Shown here: piece after piece, positions 52,701 through 64,000 of the stretch | Numbering within the stretch: position 1 is the first letter of the stretch | How the letters are laid out: every line of letters begins with the position of its first letter | DNA from: Phoronis australis | Lineage: Eukaryota > Animalia > Phoronida | Reading direction: 5' to 3' | Length of the DNA: 64,000 nucleotides | NCBI GenBank assembly: GCA_002633005.1 | Contig: NMRA01000062.1 | Span: forward strand, 915,981 to 979,980 | Position numbers and translations under genes: made by a program | The notes under the pieces: model-generated | The model's database searches: none | Told to the model about the DNA's origin: nothing | Seen by the model: only the letters and a program-made list of their open reading frames with translations

Positions 52701-55700
52701 GTAGCTACTCATACGGCTACAACACATACATCTCCAACTGCTACAGTACAACTGTCCATAAATGTAGGCGCCTTTTCTCCCCTACCGTTATCAACGGGTG
52801 CTGCTCAATCGCCTCATGGAATCACACCAAGTCTTGTGACGACTTCTCAACAACCGCCAACAAACACTTCACTTCCAATATTTCAGCAGCGTTCAACAGG
52901 TACAGTGGCAGTCCCAATTCTGTTATCCATATACACTTTCTAGCAGTAACCTCATCTGCGTATCTGAATATTTTCTATGGAGCTGTTGTGGTCTTTTGCG
53001 TGTACACGGTACTCGGTTTTGAGTTGATGTTGCTTTTGTTTAAGTCTACTTCCGTTGTTTGCTTTATGTGTTTGTTAGAAAGGCTTCTTTTTGTTGACTG
53101 CATTTCTGTTATTGCTGTTTTGCACTGTTTCTCTGTTGGTTAGTGTGCTTCAGCGTAGACAATACACTCTTGGAAACATTGCGTATATGTGAATCTGTAC
53201 ATGTCTATCGTATGCACGTGCGGCCTTTTGCACGTGATCTCCTAAGACAACTTTAAAGAGCGGGGATTGCGTTCCGTAGACCCAAGACACGAAAGGTCAT
53301 GCACGAGTTCGCGCGTTATTAAAATGCATTGCCACTGAAGTATGCGATCACCCTATCTTTATTCGCAGGTGTCTCGGGTCTACGTGATGAAGCCCAGGGT
53401 AGCAGGTGCACTGCTTCACAACCATACACTTTGCCCCTGCTCACTTCCACACCTGGGCCCGGGGTCCAGTCTTTGTACTCGAAAGCGAACTCGAAAATAT
53501 CTTTTACATTTTCCGTTTTACTTTTGTGCTAAGTCATGATAAATGTCTACTATTCAGTGCTTGAGTATATTATTTTGATGCACATGGGTATATAGTCCAA
53601 GTTTGTACTTGATGACACCCTGATTCGAGCTACTAACTCCAGTAGAAACTCGAGGTTTTGAGTTCAGACTCGAACTTACAACTTTAATGCTGGAGTATGG
53701 AAGTAAAACGAGAAGTACTTGAGCCAAAAATAATTTGGAGTTCGATTCCGAGTACAGAGATTCGATCCCGGCTACTGGTGTGACCATCAAGCCGTGCAAT
53801 CTTCTGTCGTACACACTACGCATTTATCTGCCTTGCTTTGTAAACACTTACGAGCGTGTGTTGTATCATTTGTTAATTCATAATACTGATAGTTATGGTT
53901 TTGTTCTTGCTTTGTATGACAGCACATCCTGATTTGGTGATGTAATCCTGCTCTAAGGCCAAGTGGAATTATATTTTCATGTGAAAATATTGTGAAAATT
54001 TACGAACAGTAATTGTTAACCTAACATTTCAAAGTGGCCACCTCGTTTTACTGGGTTGCAAGTAATTCAATTTTGCAGTAATGGGGCCAAATACAGAATG
54101 AGGCACGATATGTTATTACGTAGCCTAGAAAAAATTTGTCTCCAGAGGGGATCTATGCATGTATTCGCATGCTATTCTACGTACAGCATGAGATTTATCA
54201 GTATTTAATTTTAAATTATAAAACAAATCAAATCTTTGTAAAAGAGCCTGCTTACTTAAGAGCAAGAGTAAAGCTTGTGCAGTCCATCGACAATGTTCGT
54301 GTTCGTCACCGGCCATGTAGTCACTGGCATGCTCAAAGCCACCGAAGACATCTAACCCGATATTTCTTTGGTTTTTGCCGGCTTTGAAAACGGACTAAAC
54401 TCTACTCCCGTAATATTTGCTGCCTGAATAAACCAATGCTTAAGTGTACATGTTTACGTCACCTGACCACACCAATCCGTCCATGATGCTACTTTAATTG
54501 AGACTTGGCGTCTGGTTGCAATTTTGGCAATGAGCCAAGTTAACGTTGCTTTTTTGGCAGGGAAGTCAGTAGTGCGTGAACAGGTTTTACCTACTAGCCC
54601 TGTCTTACTAAATAAGATGAATGTTGTCATTAAAATTTACACGACCGTGTTTTAAAAGTTACAGCTTTATTTTAAAGTGTTTGATGATCAAAATGTTTGT
54701 TTTCCATTTGAAATTTTGTGATTGTCTATTTTGTGCATTAACCCGAAGACGTTATGTGCGTTATGAGCTTGAACATTTCGTTGGTGAGTGCAAAACCACT
54801 ATGCACAAGCAGTATTGACAAGAAATGAAAGTGTAATACAACCCTTGAAACTACTTTATAACACCAAACGTTTCATTCGACAGTCCAGTCGAAACCATTA
54901 TTTGAAATATCCCAACACCTGAGCTAAATCTTTCTTTACTAACATAAAACAATATGTTTTTGTGACTTGTTATGGCAAACCAATTACAGAAGTATTACTT
55001 AATTCATATTTGCATGAATAAATCAATACTCTTATGGGTTATGAATTAGTGAAAAACCCAATATGTAAAGCGTTTCACCATATGACTGTACTTGCCATAA
55101 CTACACGTTTGCCCTTTTCTTTTCAAAACCACAGACAATGACGTTTTCAGGTTCACGTTATGTGAAATAACTCTTTACATGCAACTGTTTTAGAATCAGT
55201 GAACAACACAACACCATCTGATGGGTGTACTTTGGAATCCTTCAAAAGTTTGCGGTGTGTCTTCGATTTACAATAGACTTACACTATGCATTAACAAGTG
55301 CAGCTTACAACTATTTTGGATAAGATTCCACCTTAATACCATCAAAATATATAATATTGGTAGTCTGGTAATTCTAAGTTTACAATAGATATGCCAGTAA
55401 GACGAAAACTGCACGTTTTATGAAGTTTAGTTAAAAAAGGTTATTGCCTTGGATAAAATATATCATTTGCTCAATGCGATTTGAAAACGGGAAGTTAATT
55501 GATGATCTGGGGTCCTTATAGTTCAAGTCATCTTCTACTACTAATTTTTCATCGATGTTATCTTTTTGCATTACAGCAACTTCTACGACTTTGCAACCCT
55601 CGCCAGAAAGTATGACAGAACAACCGACAATGAGTACACTTCCATCTACCTCTCATAATGAGTCAGCAATGCCAGTTGCATCTACATTTCAACAACATTC

Positions 55701-58700
55701 AACAAGTGTACTTTCATCTACTCACCAACCATCAGCGAGTGTTGAGTTGTCATCTCGAGAGGCGTCAAGTAGCACCGATGTACTTGCTTATGTACAGTCC
55801 TCAGCAAGTGAAGGCGTGTCTCAACAACCATCAGAGCCTATTGCAATGTCTTCGCTACAGGCGCCAACTAGCAGCGTTGCGACTCCTTCGCAACAATTGT
55901 CAACAAATGCAAATGCACATTCTCTGCCATCGACAGATACAATAACGTCGTTGGTGTCCGGAAGCGTAGATGCATCGTCATCAACCAGTAGAGTTGCATC
56001 TTCTCAAGAAAAATCGTCAAGTTTAGTAACCAGTATTGCAACGTCTGTTTCTAAAGATATATCAATAGGGACAACAGCTCCTTCTCCGCAACCATCAAGC
56101 CTTGCTACGTTAGGGTTTCAAGAAACATCTCTAATTAAAAGTGCGTTTACTGAGGAATATTCAGTAGGTGTAGGATCGTCTTCTCAACAGACGTTAACAA
56201 GGACAGCTAAAACGTCACGAGAACCCCTAACGACTGTGCAAGGAAGTGTTGCTACAACCAATTTTCAACAGCCAAGTACAACTGAATCTCCTCAACACGT
56301 CTCAAGTAGCTTAGTGTCTTTTTCCAAACAGTCATTCACAAGCGTTAAAGCATCAGCAAGCCAGGCAACAACACCTTACCAGCCTACATCGTCTGGTCTC
56401 GTGTCTATTGAACAGTTGTCATTAGGAATTGTTGCATCTTCGATACAGTCATATGCAAACGTTGTTTCCTCTGCCAATCAGAAATCGTCACAAACCGCAG
56501 CTGTATCGTCTGAACCACTGTCGAGTGATATCATGTTTTCTAAACAGGCATCAATGAGTACTGGGGCACCTTCTGAACACACATTAACAAGTGGTGATGC
56601 GTCTGTCACTCATCGTTCGTCACCAACAGTGTCCGAATCTTCTCAACCACCGTCGACTGAAGCAACGAGTTTGAAACAATTCTCGATCAGTATGGCTGTA
56701 TCGCCAAAAGGGGAATCGACGAGCATTGCTGAATATGCCACAAAACCGTCGCCATTAACGGTGCTTGCATCCTCCCAACCTCCTTCTTCTGTTGCACTGA
56801 ACTCTAAACATGTGTCAACAAGTATATTTGCCTCTTCTGGACAGCGATCAACGACTTTTTTTGCTTCTGCCCCTGAGTATACCTCAACTCCATCACCTGA
56901 ACAATCTCAAGTACTGTCATCTAGTGCTATGTTTTCTCAACAGGTGTCAAAAAGTATCGCTGCATCTTCTGCACAGGCATCTGCCTCTCCACAATCAGCT
57001 GTATCGTCTATTCCTCGTGTAATGTCTTCTGGAGGGGTGACAACACCAGAATCTCAGCCACTGTCAACTGGTATAATGCCTTCTAAACAGTCGTTAGAAA
57101 GTTTGCTTAAATCTTCTGAACAGCCACCGACAAACGTTGCTGCATCTGCGAGTCAACAATCGTCACTAACACAACCCATATCTTCTGATCTAAAATTAAC
57201 TCGGGGCACATCGTCTCGAGATGTCTCAACAGGGGTCGTTGCACCTTCTGAGCAGTCGTTTACAAGTGATGCCTCGTCTGCTACTAAAGCATCATCACCA
57301 ACAGCACTCGCACCTTCTCAACCTCTAACATCTGGAATAATGTCTACTAGGCAGATGTCATCAAGAATGGTTGTTTCTTCTGAACAGTCATCCACAAGCG
57401 ATGAAGCATTAGTCACTGAACAACCAACGTCAATAATGTCCAGGTTTTCTCAACTGCCGTCAACCGGTAGGGTTTCTGAACACGTGTCAACAAAAATTGT
57501 CCTGTCTTCCGATCACGAATCTACAAGCTCAACAGCATCTCCCACTCAACAGTCATCACCTATAGCAGGAGGATCGTCTCATCTTTCACCGTCTGGTGCA
57601 ATGAAGTCTGTCCAGGAGACAAAAAGTATGGATGCATCTCGGCTACAGCCATCATCAAGTGTTGAAGAATATTCGAGTGAAAAATCGTCAGTAACAACAC
57701 ACACATCTTCTCGTGCACCTTCAACCAATATTGCGTTATCCAAACAAGTGTCACCTACTTTCGTCGCATCTTCGGACCACTCGTCAGCAAGCAATGTTGA
57801 GTCCTCTACTCAAGTATCATCACCAACGGGACCTTCATCTATTGAGCACCTGCCATCCGGTATACTGTCTTCTAAACTAATGTCAACAACTATTGGTGCA
57901 TTTTCAGAAAAGCCACAAACAAGCGTTGCTGCATCACCTACTCAACGATCGTCTCCAATACCGCTAGCAACTTCCTCACCTCTGTCATCAAGTAAGCATT
58001 CACGACATATTTCGACAATTATTGCATCATCTTCTGCAGTATCCGACCTTGCAGCATCATCACTTCCAACATTAGCATCTTCTAAAAAATCGTTTTCTGG
58101 AGCAAGCCCTTCTACATTGGTGCTACCAAGCATTGATGCATCTTCTAAGCAGCTATTAGCAAGTGTTGCAGTGTCAGTTTCCTCATTATCGTCTCCATCA
58201 ACTCCTGTACATTCGCAGCCTTCATCACATAGTATGCATTCTAAACATCCGTCAGCAAGCATCGTTGCATCTCCAGAACAGCCATCCTCGAGCTTTGCAC
58301 CATTTGCGAGTCAACTATTGTCGCTCACTTTAGGTGTATCTTCTCACACACTGTCAACACGTATTATATCGTCTGACCATGAGCTAGGAAGTAAGCAATC
58401 CTCTGCAATTGTTCCTGTGTCTGACTCTCATCCGCCACCTACGAGAGCTTCTTCGCAGTTTCCTTCAATTGCTGCAATGTCTTCCAAACATGGGCAAACA
58501 AGTATGGTGGCTTCATTTGAACAGACACTAAAAAGCATGGCTACTTTTGCCACTCGGTTGTCACCAACACTAGGTTCAACAATCTCTCCACTTCCATCGT
58601 CCGTTATGTCTTCTAAAGAGGTGTCATTCAGCATGTTTGCATCTTCTAAACAGCCATCAACAAGACATCCTGCAACTGCCAGTCAACAGCCGTCATCAAA

Positions 58701-61700
58701 ACCATCTGAAAAATATAATCTTTCTTCAACTGGTTCCTATGAACCGATGTCAACAAGAACCACGGCGTCCTCAGAACAACCGTCAACATTTGTTGCTGCC
58801 TCTGCCACTCAACGATTATCATTCACAAAAGCTTCATTATCTCAACCGATTTCATCTGGTGCGATATCTTCTAACCAAGTGTCCAAAAGTGTACCAACAT
58901 CTTTTGAACAGCCACCAAGAAGCGTTACTGGATCTGTCGCTCAGCAATCGTCACGGACAGCACCTGCATCTTCTCATCCACTGTCAAGTATTATGCTATC
59001 GTCTAACCAAGTCCTACCAAGTGTCGGATCATCTTTTGAACAGTTATTCACAAGCGTTGCAAAAAGTTTCACTCAAGTGTCACCACCAGCGTCCTCATCT
59101 TCTCAATTTGTGTCATCAGGTATAGTGTCTCCAAAGCAGGTATCCTCCGGTATCGTTGCGTTTTCAAAACACCCACTCACAAGCATTGCTGCAACTGCCA
59201 CTGCCAAATCATCCCCGACAGCAGCTGCATCATCTCAACCACCACCAAGTGACATGTTTTCTAAACAGGAATCATCTGCTATCGTCATATCTCCAGAACT
59301 GCTTTCAACGAGCTTTGCGTCATTTGCGAGTCAATTATTGTCGCCCTCTTTACGTGCATCTTCTTACCCGCCGTCGTCTAAGCATGAGAACGAAAGTGGG
59401 AAGTCATCGACAATTGTTCCTGTGTCGGACCTTCATTCGCAGTCTACGAGAGGAGAGTCTTCACAGTTTCCTTCAGTCGGCGTACTGTCTTCCAAACATG
59501 GTCAAACAAGTCTGGTTGCTTCTTTTGAACAGACGCTAACAAGCATTGCTACTTTTGCTACTCAACTATCATCACCATTAGGTTCAACAGCTTCTCAATT
59601 TCCTTCATCCGTTACATTGTCTTCTAAAGAAGTGTCATTCAGTATGATTGCATCTTCTGAACAGCTATCTACAAGACTTCCTGTAAGTGCGAGTAAACAG
59701 CCATCATCAAAAGTACCCGAAACACATCCTTCTTCAATTGCAAAAAGTGTCACTCAAGTGTCTCCAACGGCCCTCTCTTCTACTCAACTTCTGTCATCAG
59801 GTATATTGTCTTCAAACCAGGTACCCATGGGTACCGTTCCGTTTACTAAACATACTCTCACAAGCGTCGCTGCAACTGCCTCTCGCCAATTGTCCCCAAC
59901 ATTAGTTGCATTTTCTCCGTCACCACTTACTGGTTTGTCTTCTAAACAGGAGTCAGACAGCATTGGAGTGTCTTCTGAACAACTATCAACGCGTTTTACA
60001 GCATCTGGTACCCAACGATCGTCACCGACAGCCTTTGTCTCTTTCCAACCTCAGTCATCCAGTACAATGTCTTCTAAACAGCTGTCACTCCATGTGACAG
60101 CATCTGCTGAAAATCCATCACCGAGCGTAGACTCAACTGTCACTAAACAATCGTCACCAAAAGCATTCGCACCTTCTCAAGCACAGTCATCAACTTCTAT
60201 GCACGGGTTAACAAGTGTCGCGTCTCCCGTACAGGCATCCGAAAGCATTGCAGCATCGTCACCAAGAGCATCAGCATCGTCTCAACCTCCATTATCAAGT
60301 TTTAATTCTTATAAAATATCCAGTAGGATAGCATCTTCTGGAAAGCCATCAACAAGGTTTGTTTCATATTCCATCCAAAAGTTGTCAACAATTGTGCTCG
60401 AATCATCTCGACCACAGCCAACTGGTATGACATCTATGCGCATGTCAACAAGCGTAATTGGATCTTTGAGACAGCCATCTACAAGCGCAACTTCATTTGC
60501 CGCTCAACAGTCGTCATCAATAGCACCCAGATTTTCTAAACCTCCGTCAAGTGCAGTGACATCTCCCAGGCAGTTTTCAACAATTTCGATTGCATATTCC
60601 GAACACCTGTCCCCAAGCGTGGCTGAAGGTTTGAGTCAACGATCATCTTCAACAACCCAAACATTTTCTAACTCAATGTCACGCGGATCTTCCCATCTGC
60701 TGTCCTCTGGTTTGATGTTTTCTAAACAGGTTTCTGCAAGTAGCTCAATATCTTCTCCTGAGGCATCGACGAAAATCGCTGCGTCTGACAGTCAGCACCT
60801 ATTACCAACATCATCTGCATCTCTTCAACCTCCATCGATTACTATAAGAGCTTCTAAAGACGTGTCCACAAGTATCGTGTCAAGAAGTGTAGCGCCATCT
60901 TCGGTCATATTATCGCCAACGCATGCACTGTTGACTTCATCTCTGCGAATGTCGACGATGACATCGCCTTCTACTTTACAGCAACATTTAACAAGCCGTG
61001 TACCTTCCACCACTCAAGGGATGCCGTCATTTACAACAACCCTTCCACCTGGTAATACTTATTTTAGTTAATTCAATTCTCTTTGTTGTTGAATGAATTT
61101 TCGTTGACCAATTAAATACAAGACCAGACATCGCTTTCAAATGAAAGATAAAGCGTTGTCGAGAAAAATCACAATTTTAACACGTCACTTGATTATGAAG
61201 ATCCAGAATTACACACAATGGACTATATTCTTGTTTAAGGTTAGTACTTAAACAGAAAGTTCAAGAAACGTGACCCTTGGATTAATCTTGATAGTCAGTA
61301 AGTATAATGCTCGTTATCGTCATCCCGGCTCTTGCTGAAATCGTAATTTTACGGATACAAGTAATTATCTGTTTCCTTTACTCTTGTCCTGCCTTGTATT
61401 GTTTTCAGTGAAGGATTGCGGACAACCTGATAAAAACTCAAATTCTACTGTTACGACAACGTCAACTATCGTCGGAGGAACTGCGTCGTACTCGTGTGAC
61501 GTCGGGCATGAGAAAGTGGGAGGTGATGTTACTCGATCGTGTGGTATTGACGGAAACTGGACAGGAACGGCGTTAGAGTGCACAAGTACGTCATTAGGTT
61601 TTGGTTATACCAAAGAAATCAATGGAAACTTTAAAGCTACTCTATTTGAGACTCAAACTTATCAATCATTTGTTCCCAAACAACACTGTCCGAATCTTAA

Positions 61701-63870
61701 TTTTCGGGGCCTTTTGGTATATATATCTTGCATTGTGAATAAAATTTATTGAACATGAACATTTTCCATCTGTAGGAGTAAGTTGTGGAATCCCGGACGT
61801 CAACCACAATTCAAATGTTTCCTCCATCACATACCTATACGGGGACACTGCCATCTACACGTGTGACCCAGGATATGAACGAAGTGGAGGCAACCTCGTG
61901 CGAACTTGCGGGGCAGACAAAGCTTGGACTGGTGCAGCTGCACAGTGCTCGAGTATGAAAGTTTTTGTCAATCATTCTAGCTAAGTTTCGTTTTCTGTTG
62001 GCTAGCAAAAGTGAACCTAATTGGCGTCGTGTGACCTTATTGCGAAAGTCGTGAAAAGGCGTTGAAAGCTTTAATAACGTTCAGTTGATGACTTTCTGAT
62101 AACTACTTTGTTTCAAAATTCTGTAGTTTCCAATGAAAACATGATATCACTGAACTTCGAAAATTGATGCGCCGACAACTTTTATTTTCGCAGTGGAAAA
62201 CAACACTCTAGCGGAGGAGATGTTGCAATCTCACAGTTCACCAAATCAAATTAATTATTTTGACAAGGATTCTGCCACAAAACTAAAAACCAAAGTCCAA
62301 TTAAATTTCACATAATTAATTCGTAAATGCATGTATCTTCTTGAAACCAAATAATACTAGGAACAATTTAAGGAGCTCCGTAGAGAATCAGGTCATTTGA
62401 CATGGTGAGAAAAGGCTTGGGTCACTTTATTTCATTATGTATGATGAAAGACCTCATATGATGCAGCTTCTGACAAAACTATAAAAGTGTATTAGATGCA
62501 TAACGCCAGAGAAGTGAAATACTGTGGTTTTAATCACCAGTACAAAATTGTCATATGTTGACATCAAGATCGGGTTCTGATGAGGAAACTTGGATTATCG
62601 CCTCTGTGTACATAATAAAACATAAGTGTTGTCTAGTATTTATTCTAAGGTACAACGTTTAGTTGGATGTATCGACTCTTTCAGACATAGACGACTGTGC
62701 GTCGACTGCACCACTCTGTATCAACGGCGGTGAATGCAAAGACCTTGTGCTTGGTTACAAATGCCAGTGTCAACGAGGATTCACGGGAACTAATTGTGAA
62801 CTATGTATGTAGATGACTACTAAGGGAAATTAACGCCGACTTATTAGTTAAATCTTAGAAACAACACAGTTTCGCGAAGATCTTTCCCAATTGTTAAAAT
62901 TCACAATTCCTTACTCTGTACCAAATGGGTAAGCTTGGGTGAAGCTTGTAGCACGTCAAAGTACATCATCACCTAATTTTTATAGTTCTGCTTATCTGTA
63001 ACGCTGTATTTTTTCTTTCTTATTCTGTGGTGGCTCCGTGGTCAGCGGACCTCTCGGGTCCTTCACGGAGTCTCCATAAGCGTAAATCTGTATCAACTGT
63101 ATTTTTTGGTTTTTGACTTAAATTGAATAAAGTGTATTACTACTACTACTACTACTAATGGCTTAATGTGGGGAAAGGAAGTGCCTCTCGAACAACCAAA
63201 TTATTTCTGCATCGGATGTGCTTACAAGCAGCTCTGTCTCTTTCCAGTTGTGGGACCTCTTGCAAACCTGTATCCCGTGAACACTTTGTCAGAAGTCGTC
63301 CTTACCAAAAATAAATGGTTGAAACTTCCTAACTTGAAATTCGTTGGTGGTTTCAATATGTTTAACACTATCCACCAAAAAATCTGGGTAAGTAATGTGT
63401 CATGAAACGTCATAATAAAGTAAATTCTGTATAAATTTGAGTGCACATTAGCTTGCTTTAAAAGATGACGAATTAAATTAACGTGTAATTGATTTATCAT
63501 AACTTGCAACTACACTTGACTTAACGCGTTATATATTTTGACTTTTATTCTGCATTTTTTTCAGTTAAATCACAACGGTGTAATTGGTCTGGGCAACAAG
63601 GTCGGTGGCACTAAACCTTGGAAACTCCTCCAGATCAGGAAAATATACCTGGCTCCCTTTTGGAGAAAACAGAGAATCGATTCCTTGGCGTCGATGTCTT
63701 ATCTGGAAATAGTCCGAAATTCCGAAAACTCTGCCTACGAGAAGGAAATTCTGGAAACTTGTACTGCTGACGTTAAGAACAATTTTCAGACGAAAAACTT
63801 CGAAGCTCAGTGGGTGTTATTGGTTACCTGGAAATATATGAAAGAACGTCCTTGTGGTATTCTATGCCAG
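39524..63870 (+). CDS. Giant mucin-like protein (MUC4/SUSD2/mesh-like, NIDO-containing), 5' part: SP - 2 CCP - Ser/Thr-rich region - 2 CCP - EGF-Ca - NIDO; continues beyond the window
   Basis: Exons 39524-39590, 41569-41751, 42856-43047, 44605-52899, 55577-61051, 61409-61585, 61776-61952, 62685-62804, 63248-63387, 63565-63870, all GT-AG with compatible phases. Confidence 0.8.
39952..40205. mobile_element. MITE in intron 1 of the mucin gene
   Basis: CTGGGGTCCGTTCCAACAAAACTAACTTA ... TAAGTCAGTTTCTTGGAACGGACCCCTG inverted termini around an AT-rich interior. Confidence 0.8.
41569..43047 (+). CDS. Two Sushi/CCP exons (41569-41751, 42856-43047)
   Basis: CPPP...YTCEPGY...[15 protein letters not shown] and CGAP...YACVSGY...[16 protein letters not shown]; both phase 1-1. 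Confidence 0.92.
43618..43722. repeat. (CA)n/(CACG)n microsatellite
   Basis: Directly visible. Confidence 0.97.
44605..52899 (+). CDS. Ser/Thr-rich mucin-type exon 1 (8295 nt, 2765 codons)
   Basis: Uninterrupted ORF, TTACAG acceptor, G|GTACAG donor, phase 1-1, strong S/T/A/Q/P bias. The donor position is moderately certain. Confidence 0.85.
45435..51800 (+). repeat. Coding tandem repeat with a 2052-nt (684-aa) period, about 3.1 copies
   Basis: Anchor GTGTCAACAAGA recurs at 45435, 47487, 49539 and 51528; the third unit is 63 nt shorter. Confidence 0.92.
53449..53779. mobile_element. Degenerate MITE
   Basis: GCCGGGGTCCAGTCTTTGTACTCGAAAGCGAACTCGAAAATA is an imperfect inverted repeat of TAATTTGGAGTTCGATTCCGAGTACAGAGATTCGATCCCGGC. 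Confidence 0.6.
55577..61051 (+). CDS. Ser/Thr-rich mucin-type exon 2 (5475 nt, 1825 codons)
   Basis: Uninterrupted ORF, TTACAG acceptor, G|GTAATA donor, phase 1-1. Confidence 0.87.
61409..62804 (+). CDS. Two CCP exons (61409-61585, 61776-61952) and a calcium-binding EGF exon (62685-62804)
   Basis: CGQP...YSCDVGH...[16 protein letters not shown]; CGIP...YTCDPGY...[16 protein letters not shown]; [39 protein letters not shown]. Confidence 0.92.
63030..63156 (+). mobile_element. 3' end of a LINE/SINE-like retroelement
   Basis: Stem-loop (CTCCGTG/CACGGAG enclosing GGACC/GGTCC), then AATAAA and a (TAC)n tail. Confidence 0.4.
63248..63870 (+). CDS. NIDO-domain region exons (63248-63387, 63565-63870)
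   Basis: LYP..., [17 protein letters not shown] and [11 protein letters not shown] are typical NIDO-region motifs; splice sites are canonical. Confidence 0.8.
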
Positions 63871-64000
63871 GTACTTTTGCCAATCAGATTCTGCTGAATG
63901 TTACATTTAAAACACCAACTTCCAGTGCTTCCCTCAACACTGAATTCCTTTGCGCCACATGCTCTAGGGCCTCTCGACAACATTTCACTCAGTAGTTTTA

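Noticed and set aside
44779-61013. Many short antisense and alternate-frame ORFs over the mucin exons (also over the 519-nt exons)
   Set aside because: Shadow ORFs of biased, repeated coding sequence; they recur only because the host repeat recurs.

Overview
Eukaryotic, intron-rich genomic DNA from an invertebrate animal (probably a lophotrochozoan; the taxon is inferred, not shown). It holds three protein-coding genes. (1) The 5' end of a KIAA2012-like gene on the minus strand (coding exons 2141-2236 and 161-472). (2) Divergently on the plus strand, a 22-coding-exon secreted protein of about 2150 aa (4686-24430): signal peptide, IgGFc-binding (FCGBP N-terminal) domain, acidic DxDxDG metal-binding motif, 16 Cys-containing ~86-88 aa repeats resembling bacterial HYR-like adhesin repeats, VWA, and two ShK-like domains. 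(3) The 5' part of a giant mucin-like gene (39524 to beyond the window end): signal peptide, 2 CCP, about 4590 aa Ser/Thr-rich region in two huge exons, 2 CCP, EGF-Ca, NIDO. Introns and the intergenic region carry MITE/foldback elements, a tRNA-derived SINE, micro- and minisatellites, and several Penelope-type minimal hammerhead-ribozyme motifs. Gene models were built by hand from GT-AG sites and reading-frame phase; one donor of gene 2 (6613) is non-canonical. Family assignments come from motif recognition, not database searches.
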